DNA of 63,093 bases, the filler included, from Aduncisulcus paluster (taxonomy: Eukaryota), in assembly GCA_024181965.1 (NCBI GenBank). It is 4 parts of 4 records of this genome, joined end to end, with 100 filler letters (N's around TTAATTAATTAA, not from the genome) between each part and the next. Parts side by side here need not be neighbours in the genome. Positions count along the whole stretch, not along the records: positions 28,049 to 52,627 come from BQXS01012737.1; 3 more parts are not named here. One strand, 5' to 3'. Below, in pieces: positions 32,905 through 44,800 of the stretch. A model generated the notes under the pieces. The model saw only the letters and a program-made list of their open reading frames with translations, had not been told where the DNA came from and ran no database searches. How positions within the stretch are numbered: the stretch's first letter is position 1; the number at the start of each line of letters is the position of its first letter. The translations under genes and the position numbers were made by a program.

Positions 32905-34139
32905 TTACATTGCATCACCCCATACCTGAAGGCAGAAAACACTGACATATTCAGCCCCTTCCTGAGCAATAAAATCGAAAGATACCCTTCGGAGTTCATG
33001 ACCCTGAGCTTTATGTTGAGCTTTAGAAGAAATAATATCATTTTCATTAAGATTATTGAACTCAATCGAACACATACTCAGATCTTCCTCGGGGTTATAA
33101 ACAATCTCACATAGGACTTCACCGGTGTCATGATCCTTGATTACAACCTTCTCAGGAGTGCTAAGAGGGTTTATATTGGCAACACGAAGGGAAGATGGGT
33201 GTCTGACCCCAAAGGAGGTCGTTTGGACGGAAACGTTGAGATCTATGCTGATTGTAACCACACCTGATGAAACATCTGGGGTACCAGCCCATACTTTCTC
33301 ATTCCATTCTAAATTTGGATCGACACAAAGACACCTTTTAACATCACCACTATTAATATCCTTAACACCATAAAATAAACTAAAAATAGAATCTTTTGGT
33401 AAGAATGTGGAAGAATGGGAAATTACTTTGGCGGAAGAATCAATAAAATTGCGTTTTAGCGGTGTTTTGAGTGCAGACTGAACGTGATGATTGAAGGAAA
33501 GAGAAGAGAAGAGGGAATCAACACTAAGTTTGGAATTCTCCTCGATTTTTGTCCGCTTATCAGAAATTGATTGGAAACGTGAAGATATGTTTGTAATTTC
33601 GTCAGTAATTGATGATAATTGATTCTGCTCGATTTGTACACGATCAACGAGCTCGGCGAGAGATTCCTGTTTGGCCATAACAAGCTCATTAACATCAGAA
33701 TAATTTGAAACGATTCCATTGATCTCAGTGGAAAGGGTATCTATTTTTGGAGGCATTTTGGCTAATATAGCGTTATTTGAAGAGATATCGTCTTCAAACA
33801 ACGCCATTCTACGCCTTAAAGTATCCAATTCAACATTTGAATGTGACGAATGTGTCTTAATATTTAATATTATACCGAAAAAGAATACAAGCATGCATAT
33901 AATGAAAACTATGAGAGCGCCAACAACTATTGTTCTTGCCCTAGAAAATGAAACTTTTTGTGATAAAGATAAAAGCGAACATCGCAGAGAATCAACTAGA
34001 GATGTTGGAAAAGCATTTGAATTTCTAAGACGGGATCTATAAAGAAATAGAAGATGTTAAAATATTTCAGAGTTAAATTTAAGACATAAAAAACTTTTAA
34101 AATAACAATTATAGCATACTCATTCGTGTGATGCTTCAT
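32905..34139 (-). CDS. C-terminal SUN-domain nuclear envelope protein (2 exons, ~383 aa)
   Basis: Exon 1 is 34139-34120 and the intron 34119-34037 (GTATGC..ATAG, phase 2). The protein has a TM helix IVVGALIVFIICMLVFFFGIIL, a coiled coil and a SUN-like domain (AKVISHSSTF..WAG..RHP..STPEKV..YVSVFCLQVWG). Confidence 0.75.
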
Positions 34140-34496
34140 ATTGCAACCAAATCTGCTATCTTTTCGTAATAAATAAGTGACAATAATTAATATGCGTAAT
34201 CTTAATAAAAAGTCATAATGCTAACAATTTTAATCAATAATATTAATGGTATTTTATTAGACCAAGCAGTGGAATTCATGTTGAATAGAAGGTCAATGAA
34301 ACAAGTTAGCATAACTTTAAATTCCTAATCAAATAATACATAGAATCTCTAGATCAATGATTAAATTCGTTAAGTGAATAATTTATTAAGTAAAATACTA
34401 GACATGATCAAAGCCATTTGAAAGAAATCAGACAACTGGCTCAGTCATAATATTCATTTTTCACCTTTTAAATACATAACTATAATATTTTAAAAC

Positions 34497-37400
34497 ATGT
34501 TTAATTTTAAAGAACGTGTTTTTTTCGGATTTGACTTTTTCAAATCTAATGGTTCCCGACGGGATGGAAAAGGACGTTCTAAGAAGGATTCAGATAAAAA
34601 AACTCCAGATATACCTAAAGAAACAACCATGGGACCTACACCCTTCTTTAAAGTACGCAAAAAGAAATTTACCAGACCTTCCGCTCCACCCTCTTCTTCT
34701 TCATGTTTTGTTGATGATGATTGTATGGACGATACCTTTTCTACTCCCAAGCATGCTTCATTATTGCTTGATCATGTTAAATCGCCAAGTAGAGATACCT
34801 ATGGAACTCCTATTCGCGAACTTAGTGAAGAAGATCATGCCGATGATCAAAAACCTGTTCCATTATCGATATTGGCCTCTCTAGAGCAAGGAGATACGCC
34901 TGAAATTGACCAAGATACTCGACCCTCTTCGATTTCGTCCCCACCTTCCTCCATAAGTAACACTCCTTCTCATTCCCAGCATCCATCAGAGCATTCATCC
35001 AGCCTTGAAAAGGTCATTACTACAAAGAAAACCGACAAACCAGATGAAATTATTGGTATAGATTTGTCTAAAAAACTCAACCATCATAAAAAGCATCAAC
35101 AGACTCAACAGACTCAACACTTATCACATTCTCTCCCTCTCCCGCCTTCCAAATCGTCCAAGAAGCACCGCGAGAAACCCCGTAAATCTCCATCTGATTG
35201 TCTTTTCATTGATTCCCTTGTGGATGTTGAAGATCCACAATACTCATGGGGTACAGGAGTTGGTGCTTCTACTTCCTCTTCTTCTTCTTCTTTTGATGCA
35301 TCTCTTCAAGCCTCAAAGTCTTGTTCGCACCGAGGACGTTCAGCTTCCTCCTCAGGTACCTCAGGTACCTCAGGTAGTCTGGAGACCCCTAAAGACCTTA
35401 CTATGTCAAATACCAATGTTTTTGATTCATCTATTACTGGTGGTAGTTCATGTTCCACGACATACATGCCATCATCCGCCAAAGGGAGAGAAGGAAGAGA
35501 AGAAGTTATCGGACGTTCTCGTTCTGTATCATCCTCTTCCTCTTCCTCTTCCTCTTCCTCTTCCTCTTCCTCCTCTTCAAGTTCTCGGACTAGTTCTGCG
35601 AGTGATGTTGAGTCTATTGAGCGTCGAGTTCAACAAGCATGTGCGGGAGGGGTAGGGGAAAGTATATATAAACGACAAGATAAGAGAGAAGAGAGAGAGA
35701 AAGATATGAAACGTCTAGCTCTTATATGGGAGAAAGAGTTACTTCCCTCGCTTCTTCCTTGTCCTCCTCCTTTTCCTGTGACTGTTCGAACTCCTCCTCA
35801 ACTGTTACACCACTTACTATGCACTCCCCCAATGGATAAGCACACTCGCTCGTTCTCTTCTTCTTTCTCATCGAGTGTAACTTGTGCAGCTGGAGAAGGG
35901 AATACTACTATGCTAACAGATCTGATATCATCAATGGATCACATTGATGTCGGAATCTCTTCCTCCTCTTCCTCCTCTTCTTCTTCAAGTTCAAGTTCAA
36001 GTTCATCTTCAACTGTTAATGAAGAGCATTTAGCGGCGACATCCGTATATCATGATTTGCATTCGACTCCAACTACCCATCTTACGCCCGTATCTTCTAG
36101 AGCTAGTCTTACACATTTGCCTTCTTACCAAGTTATTTCTTCATCCACACCCATAACAACACCACAATCAACCTCACTGTCCATATTCGCTTCTTCCTCT
36201 TCCTCTTCCTCCTCTTCTTCCTCTTCTTCCTCTTCCTCTTCTTCTTCGTCTTCGTCCTCTTCGATATCATCTTCCTTGGCTGTGTCTGCATCAACATCTC
36301 CAACTTTATCTTGTACAACACCATCATTACCTCCTGTATTTTCTGTCCCACAGCCCCATAATCCATCACTACACAAAAGGCTTGTCAATACATATCGACA
36401 GGGTATTCCTTCACATTTGAGAGGTATTGTATGGTTTATTGGAGGTGGTAATCGTCTGCACATCGATGTGAATGTTGTAGAAAGAATGTGGATAGAAGGG
36501 GTGAAACTTGAATCGTGGGTGAAAGAAGAGAAAGAAAGGAAACGAACTGGGAAGAAAGGAACATTCTCATCTTCAGTTCCACCTCCAAGAATAGCTCTAA
36601 TGTCCTCCTCCTCTTCTTCTTCCTCTTCTTCTTCGTCTACAACCGGTAGTTCTGCCGGTTCTGCCGGTTCTGTCGGTAGAAGGTCTTCAAGGCGTGACAT
36701 GGATTGTTCTATGTCTCTCAGATCCACCAAGATAATAGACACTGACATTCTGAGAACATTCCCAAGGCTTGCTTTCTTTCACAAGGGGGCTCCCCTGCAT
36801 GAGAGTCTGTCTCTGTTGTTGTATATGTACGCCTGTTTTAGACCTACTGTTGGTTACACGCAAGGAATGTCCTTCATTGCAGCAATGGTGCTACTTATGA
36901 TGCCATTCGATGCTGTGCCTATGATAAGCAGTTCCAGTTCTTCTTCGGCTACAACCGGTAGATCTGTCGGTTCTGTCGGTAATTCTACCGGTAGTGGTAG
37001 TGGTAGTGGTAGTAGTGGTAATAGTAGTGTTACTCCCGATGATATTTATTCAGAAATTCCACAATCGGCCATTGAACGTTTCCCACCCTGTTCTTCTTTT
37101 CTCTTACCATTCCATCTATTTTCTCATTTATTACACTCCTCACTCTTGTCTATGTTTACGACAATGAACATATCAAAGATTACAGCTCTTGTTGATCTTT
37201 TCAACCGATACATGCAGATGTGCCTTCCCTCGTTGTATAATTTACTCATTGTGCACTACGAGATTGATTTTACAATGATATTAACCGATTGGATACTGAG
37301 TTTGTTTGTCCATGCTTTACCTTTGGATTATGCTGCCCGAGTTTGGGATTGTTTTGTCTTCGAGGGGGATATTTTACTAATTCGAGCTTGTTTGGGTCTT

Positions 37401-37607
37401 TTATATGTCCAAGAAAAGAAATTATTACAAATGCAATTTGAACAGATTTTGAAATATCTCAATAGATTACCTCAATCGCCCGAGGAATTGGGATTCACCG
37501 ATGAAGACTTAATCCGATCTATTTATAAATTACCTCGGTTTGGGAGAAGACAAAAGAGATTGCTTCTTGATGAGATTGAAGCCATTGTGAGATCATCGAA
37601 TGGTTAA
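34497..37607 (+). CDS. TBC-domain Rab GTPase-activating protein (TBC1D12/14-like) with poly-Ser insertions
   Basis: GIPSHLRGIVW, IDTDILRTFP (Arg finger), YACFRPTVGYTQGMSFIAA (Gln finger) and ARVWD. Confidence 0.9.
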   Translation: MFNFKERVFFGFDFFKSNGSRRDGKGRSKKDSDKKTPDIPKETTMGPTPFFKVRKKKFTRPSAPPSSSSCFVDDDCMDDTFSTPKHASLLLDHVKSPSRDTYGTPIRELSEEDHADDQKPVPLSILASLEQGDTPEIDQDTRPSSISSPPSSISNTPSHSQHPSEHSSSLEKVITTKKTDKPDEIIGIDLSKKLNHHKKHQQTQQTQHLSHSLPLPPSKSSKKHREKPRKSPSDCLFIDSLVDVEDPQYSWGTGVGASTSSSSSSFDASLQASKSCSHRGRSASSSGTSGTSGSLETPKDLTMSNTNVFDSSITGGSSCSTTYMPSSAKGREGREEVIGRSRSVSSSSSSSSSSSSSSSSSSSRTSSASDVESIERRVQQACAGGVGESIYKRQDKREEREKDMKRLALIWEKELLPSLLPCPPPFPVTVRTPPQLLHHLLCTPPMDKHTRSFSSSFSSSVTCAAGEGNTTMLTDLISSMDHIDVGISSSSSSSSSSSSSSSSSSTVNEEHLAATSVYHDLHSTPTTHLTPVSSRASLTHLPSYQVISSSTPITTPQSTSLSIFASSSSSSSSSSSSSSSSSSSSSSSSISSSLAVSASTSPTLSCTTPSLPPVFSVPQPHNPSLHKRLVNTYRQGIPSHLRGIVWFIGGGNRLHIDVNVVERMWIEGVKLESWVKEEKERKRTGKKGTFSSSVPPPRIALMSSSSSSSSSSSSTTGSSAGSAGSVGRRSSRRDMDCSMSLRSTKIIDTDILRTFPRLAFFHKGAPLHESLSLLLYMYACFRPTVGYTQGMSFIAAMVLLMMPFDAVPMISSSSSSSATTGRSVGSVGNSTGSGSGSGSSGNSSVTPDDIYSEIPQSAIERFPPCSSFLLPFHLFSHLLHSSLLSMFTTMNISKITALVDLFNRYMQMCLPSLYNLLIVHYEIDFTMILTDWILSLFVHALPLDYAARVWDCFVFEGDILLIRACLGLLYVQEKKLLQMQFEQILKYLNRLPQSPEELGFTDEDLIRSIYKLPRFGRRQKRLLLDEIEAIVRSSNG

Positions 37608-39454
37608 CGTTTTTCTTTTTAAGAGAGATATGTCCTTATTATCTAAGAGACTATATTTTTATTTATTGATATATTGTGTTGTTTTTAGATCTATTGTGTA
37701 GAAGTTTTTAATACTTTTCAATACATATATTTATTTTTATACTGTGTAAACAAAGAAACAAACTGGAGACAAATACTATTTTTATAGATATAATTCCTTC
37801 AACTGTGTTCTTGTTCAATTTTTATTCAAGTAGTAGGTAAATTGAATATATATGAAATTATTATTATTTAAAAACCATGGTTAAATATTAATTAGCGTAT
37901 ATATAACGGCGAGAAATATTAACGTAAAAAACTTTTCAAAAGTTGTTGATATTTCACTCTGTATTTCATATTTTCTCCCTTTGCTGTTTTTGTCAGATAT
38001 TTTTGGTGTTTTCTTGACATTAATATTAATTTCATGGATAATAAAAATGTTTTCACCGAAGTTTGCCCCGTTATTGCCCGTTCTTGGATCTTATAGAACA
38101 TATCTTTAGTGTCTATACTTCTTCCTTGACTAGGAAGGACTCTTTGACTTCACTTTCATTCTAAAGATGGCTCCTTATTTCGAAATGGAAAATAATTATC
38201 ATACCATAGTATAGTATAGTACAGTATAGCTATCATTGGGATCGATACGAAAGATGCGGAGGAAACAAAAAAACGTTGTCGGAAGGCTTGCATTTGAAAA
38301 AGGTCTTGAATTGTTTAAACTGTATCATACATAATGATTATGATTTTGATATGATAGAGTTCTGTAACCTATCTACATCGATATTGACCAATTATTTTGG
38401 ATGACGCGGCCCTATCTCATGGTTTTCTTGAATATTATATTATGATAAATGATAGGTGCCTACTCATCTCACAGAAAAACCAAAACTAAATTTGCTCACC
38501 ATTCTGATTCATGATGAACATATTACATCTTAGTATTAATTTTAATAGCCAATTTAATCAAAATTTCTTCTTTTTATATAATAAGAGATATGATTTTTGA
38601 CACTGTTTTCCATAACAGGTTTATTTATAGGACGTAACAGGTTCTCGCTAAATTTTTAAACACTAGGATTTTACGATAAATTGTTTCAGTAAAATTGGGT
38701 TTAATTTGCGAGATTTTGGGTGTTTTTTGGCTGAAAGAACTAAAAGCTTAGGTGACTACCCTTGCTCTTTGGTTCTTTCTTTTGGATTAAATTCCAGCTG
38801 TAAGACGATACACAAGTCGCTTCTCTTATACACAGGCCTATTCCAAGCCCACATAGAATCCATTGAAAGGCCATAAATCAATATTGAAAAAGGAAATGAA
38901 AAAAATAAAGAAAAATACTGTAACAATGATCACGATTAATAACAATAAGTTTGCTGAAATGCCTTCTATCCGGAATATAACACNNNNNNNNNNNNNNNNN
39001 NNNTGGGTTTAATTTGCGAGATTTTTGGGTGTTTTTTGGCTGAAAGAACTAAAAGCTTAGGTGACTACCCTTGCTCTTTGGTTCTTTCTTTTGGATTAAA
39101 TTCCAGCTGTAAGACGATACACAAGTCGCTTCTCTTATACACAGGCCTCTTCCAAGCCCACATAGAATCCATTGAAAGGCCATAAATCAATATTGAAAAA
39201 GGAAATGAAAAAAATAAAGAAAAATACTGTAACAATGATCACGATTAATAACAATAAGTTTGCTGAAATGCCTTCTATCCGGAATATAACACTCGAAAAT
39301 TGAAAATTGTCCAATATGGGTGTTTTTCCGGGATTGACATTTTGGCATTCTAACTATTTTTCGTTTTTTCGCTTAAAAAATCCATTTATTATAATAATAG
39401 ACAATATTTCAATTATTTAATACCAGATTTCTTAATAATCATTTTTATATCAAT

Positions 39455-41860
39455 ATGAAAGGATATACGCCAATTATTTTAACATCATTATCGGATATAA
39501 AACCATTATGCTATATTAAAAAGGGTTTTTCTTGTGAGAGTATTCTTTTCACATCCAATACCATTCAATCACCTTGTATCCTTAATACAATAAGATATAT
39601 CACTAACGAAAAGGTGAAAAATAACTATCATAAAGCATTTAAGAGTCTTTTGAAGCTCTATATGAAATTCAAATGCCATACTCGTATTCCACGTCCTCTT
39701 GGCCTCCTTGAGTTGCAAGGTCCTGAAACTAAAGGCTTTTATGCTTTAATCATGGAACATTGTATTGGTGGAACACTTTCAGACTTTATTTGGAACTGGT
39801 GCACACAAAGAAAAGTGGATATTGATATTGATCTCAAAGTCTATCCAAGAGCAAGTCCAGAAAATCAATCTCTCGATATTAAAATTGAAAAAAAGGAAAC
39901 AAAAGACACAGAAATGCAAGAAGAAGAAGAAGAAGAAACGATCTACGAAGTATTAAGTTCCGAGTCAGATTCAAGCTTTTTCTCTGATTCTGATGATCCA
40001 AGAAGTAACGAAAGCTTTCATAATCCCATGACTCTTGATCCTCTGAAAGTGAGCGCATTATGCGTTGGGACGATTGAGTGTCTTGCCGAGGTCTTGGCAG
40101 CCACTCCAACCCTTGTCCATCGAAATATTAAACCAGACAACTTTTTTGTTCGTTTTGATCCCGATTCAAAAAATTGTGCCGTTGTACTTTCTGATCTTGA
40201 ATCTTTACACTTTTTCAAAGATATATCTTCCTCTTCTTCTTCTTCTTCTTCATCATCTTCTTCTTATGATAATCTTTATAACTCCTACGTATTCGATTCT
40301 TATGAAACTTTGACTGAAGGTATTTATTCAACAGCTAGTGATGCATACGCACTCGGAATGACTATTCTCACACTGTTCCTCGGTCATGTTCCATTTTTAG
40401 AACACCCTTCTTTGCGGAATGTCATTGATTCTATGTTATTCATTGAGAAACTCATATTTTTAATTTCTAAAAATATAACCCCTAAACTCTCCAGTTCCCC
40501 CCTCTTTGACTCTCTCTTGACCATTGAGGATGGCAAGTACACATCTGTTCATAAAGTGTTGAATGAAGTATTCACAGGTCTCACTCTGCTTGACCGTAAG
40601 AAACGCATGAGTGTGCATGAAGCTCGTATGAAAGTCCAATGCATCAAACCTTTCCTTCCCACGATTGGCGAAGACTATGACTGTCCAAGCATTGAAGCCA
40701 TTATTAAAGAAAACATTGACAATCACGGCCCAGTAGTAAGCCTTTCCAAGATCTTTACCATCCCTTCCTCTTCCTCCTTTTCTTCTTCTTCGTCTACAAC
40801 CGGTAGATCTGTCGGTTCTGCCGGTAGTCATTCTGCGATTGGGAAAAGGAGATTTTATCCATCATCAGATCTTGACGAGAATGAGCAAGATGGAATAGGA
40901 ATCAGATCCAAGGTGAAAGGAAATAGAGAAGAGGATTCTGATATCTTGTCATCATTATCAAGACCTCAGACATCATCATTACGAGAAACCTCTGAAATTA
41001 GTTCACAACATTATGACAAATATCATTCACCCTTCCTGTCCTCTGTTCTTTCTCACCAACATCGATCCTCAATTTCAAGTTCTCCACGCATCATGTATCA
41101 TACCCCTCCCACTTCTTCTCTTTCTATAGATGATTCTCACCATTCTAATTATAGATCAAGCACTGATGCCACATTGATGATTACACCGAAATCAGAGATT
41201 CCATTATCTTTTGAGGATTCTTTCATTCTTTCTTCTCGAATTCCTGGCGTTATATCTGATCTGTCAACAATTCAGGATGAGCTTGAGGCTTTGATTTTGC
41301 AATGTCAAATGACAGATTCTCAAGAATCTTTAACCAAACTTTTCAATCGATCATATTGTTATCTAAAAGCTCTGATAACAACTAAATTTAATTCACGATT
41401 AGATCCTTCTAAACTTCACTCTTACAGTTATCGAGGCAAAGATTCAAGATATCAATGCATAAAAATGTATTCCACTGTCTTTCAATGTCTTTCTTTGTTT
41501 GTTCAACATTCTTCTCATGGATCTATAAATAGCCATCGCATTATTAATACTATTACACTTGATATAACGAATATTGTTAAAATATTTGATGATTTGATTC
41601 TATATTTAGCTGACATTGAGAAACTTTTGAGGAAGATTCGTGATGATGGAAGCAGGATGAATTTGAACATTGAAGTCAATTCCATTTCTAAATATCTTTT
41701 TAAAATGATAACTATGGCAAAAAGAATAGTTTATATCGCTAATACTAATTATAATAACAATAATACCAATAACAATCCAGTCAATATTGTTTGTTGTTAT
41801 GTCAATAATAATGTCGAAAAGAATGGCAGCAAAACTCGAACAATCTCTTCAAGTTCCTCT

Positions 41861-41896
<36 letters not shown>

Positions 41897-44800
41897 GCTT
41901 CTTCTTCTTCTTCTTTCCTCTTTTCCAAAGATATGTTATGTTTCCCACCATTTTTCGATGATATTGTTTCCAGAATAACAATTAATTTACTCTCAATTAC
42001 TAAATTGGAATCATTATTAGCAAAAATAGACAAATGTTCATCAAACGAAGAGAATTCTGAGCTATATCATTTTGTTCGGGAAGATATCTTGGCTATATTC
42101 TTATATATTAAGTCAAACGATCAAATAATCTGTGAACATAGAAGAGAGATTGTTCTGTGTTGTCAATGTATTGAAAAGTTTGTAAAACATGATTATATTG
42201 GCTTTAAATCAAGATTATCCGATTCTAATATAGAACATAATATTGAATATGGGTTAAAAGAAGAAAAACAAGAAGAAAAGGAAGGTGAAGAAGAAAANNN
42301 NNNNNNNNNNNNNNNNNAATTAATTTACTCTCAATTACTAAATTGGAATCATTATTAGCAAAAATAGACAAATGTTCATCAAACGAAGAGAATTCTGAGC
42401 TATATCATTTTGTTCGGGAAGATATCTTGGCTATATTCTTATATATTAAGTCAAACGATCAAATAATCTGTGAACATAGAAGAGAGATTGTTCTGTGTTG
42501 TCAATGTATTGAAAAGTTTGTAAAACATGATTATATTGGCTTTAAATCAAGATTATCCGATTCTAATATAGAACATAATATTGAATATGGGTTAAAAGAA
42601 GAAAAACAAGAAGAAAAGGAAGGTGAAGAAGAAAAGAAAGGGGAAGAAGAAGAGGAGGAGGAAGAAGTAGAGATTGCTCTTCCTGAATGTGATCTTATCG
42701 ATCTCATTGACACTTTTCTCGACCATTTATTGAGAATTTATGAAGCATTTGAACAAGAAAAGGAGGAAAAACAAGAAGAGGAAGAAGAGGAAGAAGAGGG
42801 AAGAAGAAGAAGAGGAGGAGGAGGAAGAAGAGGAGGAGGATGAAGAAGAAGAAAAAACAATTAGTTTAACAATAGATGAAGCGTTTTGGATTATCTGTGG
42901 TTGCTATACCTTTAAAATTGAGGACAAACGAGATTGGTTCTTTGAAAAAATTAAACCCATTATCAAGAGATTATTGAAACGTGGAATTGAAATGAGAACA
43001 ATAGACAAAGAATCAGAATCAGACCATAGCCAGTCCAAAATAGAAGAGAAGAGAGAGGAAGAAGAGAAGAGAGAGGAAGAAGAGGAAGAAAGAAACGATA
43101 ATGAGGTTTGCAGATCAGAGTATTCTCAAACATCTAGCCAACCAATTGGGACTCTAAACCCTGATATTGTATTGAATTTCTTAATAACTCTCTCAAATAT
43201 CTCTATATCACCAACCATGCTCACCCGATCCTCTCTTTTCTGCTGTATAAAGCCATATATTCTACGTTGGTTTGAATTATACCCTCAAAGTCAATCTCTC
43301 GGATGTTGGATGCAGATACTTTCAAACATTGCTTGGTCAATAGAGGAGAAAGAACCAGACAAACTTATTTGCTATGAACTGTGGCCTCTGTTCAAACCTG
43401 TCTTTGACTTGAGTCAAAAATACTTCATGTCTGAAAGATCGATTGTTGAGGATGATCATGAATATGTTCTCTGTTTCTTTTCAAGCCTTTGTCATGATCC
43501 CCTCCATGCTCAAGAAGTGTTTTCGGCTCTTTCTAACTCTGCTCTTAACACCCACAACAAGAAGGTGGAGAAGAAGAAGGAGAAGAAGAAGAAGAAGGAG
43601 AAGAAGATGAAAGGAAGAAAGGAAGAAGAAGAACAAGAACAAGAACAACAACAAGAAGAAGAAGAAGATAAGATGACGATTCTTGGATATTGGTTCAGCG
43701 TTATACAAGCAGAAAAACATGAATGGGGTATTAAATATTGGTCTGAGTTTGTTTCAACCTTATCATCAACTGTTCCACTGCTACATTCTCCTTCTATACT
43801 TTCTCANNNNNNNNNNNNNNNNNNNNACTTCATGTCTGAAAGATCGATTGTTGAGGATGATCATGAATATGTTCTCTGTTTCTTTTCAAGCCTTTGTCAT
43901 GATCCCCTCCATGCTCAAGAAGTGTTTTCGGCTCTTTCTAACTCTGCTCTTAACACCCACAACAAGAAGGTGGAGAAGAAGAAGGAGAAGAAGAAGAAGA
44001 AGGAGAAGAAGATGAAAGGAAGAAAGGAAGAAGAAGAACAAGAACAAGAACAACAACAAGAAGAAGAAGAAGATAAGATGACGATTCTTGGATATTGGTT
44101 CAGCGTTATACAAGCAGAAAAACATGAATGGGGTATTAAATATTGGTCTGAGTTTGTTTCAACCTTATCATCAACTGTTCCACTGCTACATTCTCCTTCT
44201 ATACTTTCTCAAATATCTAAATATGAATCACAAATGAAATGGTGTATGAAGAATGGAGCATTTGAAGATGATTATTTCAAGTATTGTGATGCTTCAATCG
44301 TTCAGTTTCGAAATTGGAAGAAATTAACAAGTATTTTACACACTAGATGTTACAATAAGAATCCCCAAGATATTCACAAAGCATATTCGAGATATCGCGA
44401 ACTATTTCTCGATTATTTCAAAGGAATTCAACAAGAATATCATGATTCATATTCTTGTTATATAGAACCAAAGAAGTCAAGAAAAACCTCTGAAAATATT
44501 GTATTAGAAGAAAAAGGAGAAGAAAAGGAAGGAAAAGTAGTTCAAAAAGGCAAGGAAAAAAGAAGCTTAACCATCGCACAAACCCACCTCACCTCAGACT
44601 CAGACTCAGACTCTAACTCTGACTCAAACTCTGACTCTGACTCAGACTCAAATTATGTTGATATCATTGACATTGTTGATGATTCATTAGTGTATGACAT
44701 TGACTCTGTCAGAAGTGAAGTGATTCAAAGCTGTGTATCTATAAATACATTTCTTTCTCAAACATCGTTTTCTTTGTTGAATTTAGTTAGTTTTGAAGAA

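Noticed and set aside
36125..36748. Glu-rich antisense ORFs here and at similar sites
   Set aside because: They are shadows of poly-Ser TCT/TCC tracts in real genes.
30684..37607. DENN (Rab GEF-like) and TBC (Rab GAP) genes near each other as a functional cluster
   Set aside because: Both families are large and the genes are separated by the SUN gene, so chance proximity is plausible.
38696..39292. ~290-bp direct repeat containing TCTCTTATACACA, similar to the Tn5 mosaic end
   Set aside because: The repeat flanks a 20-N gap and is an overlap or haplotype pair. The match covers only 13 of 19 nt and has no transposon context.
41980..44211. Exact internal duplications in the giant pseudokinase
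   Set aside because: Both flank 20-N gaps and are assembly artefacts, distinct from the genuine diverged modules.
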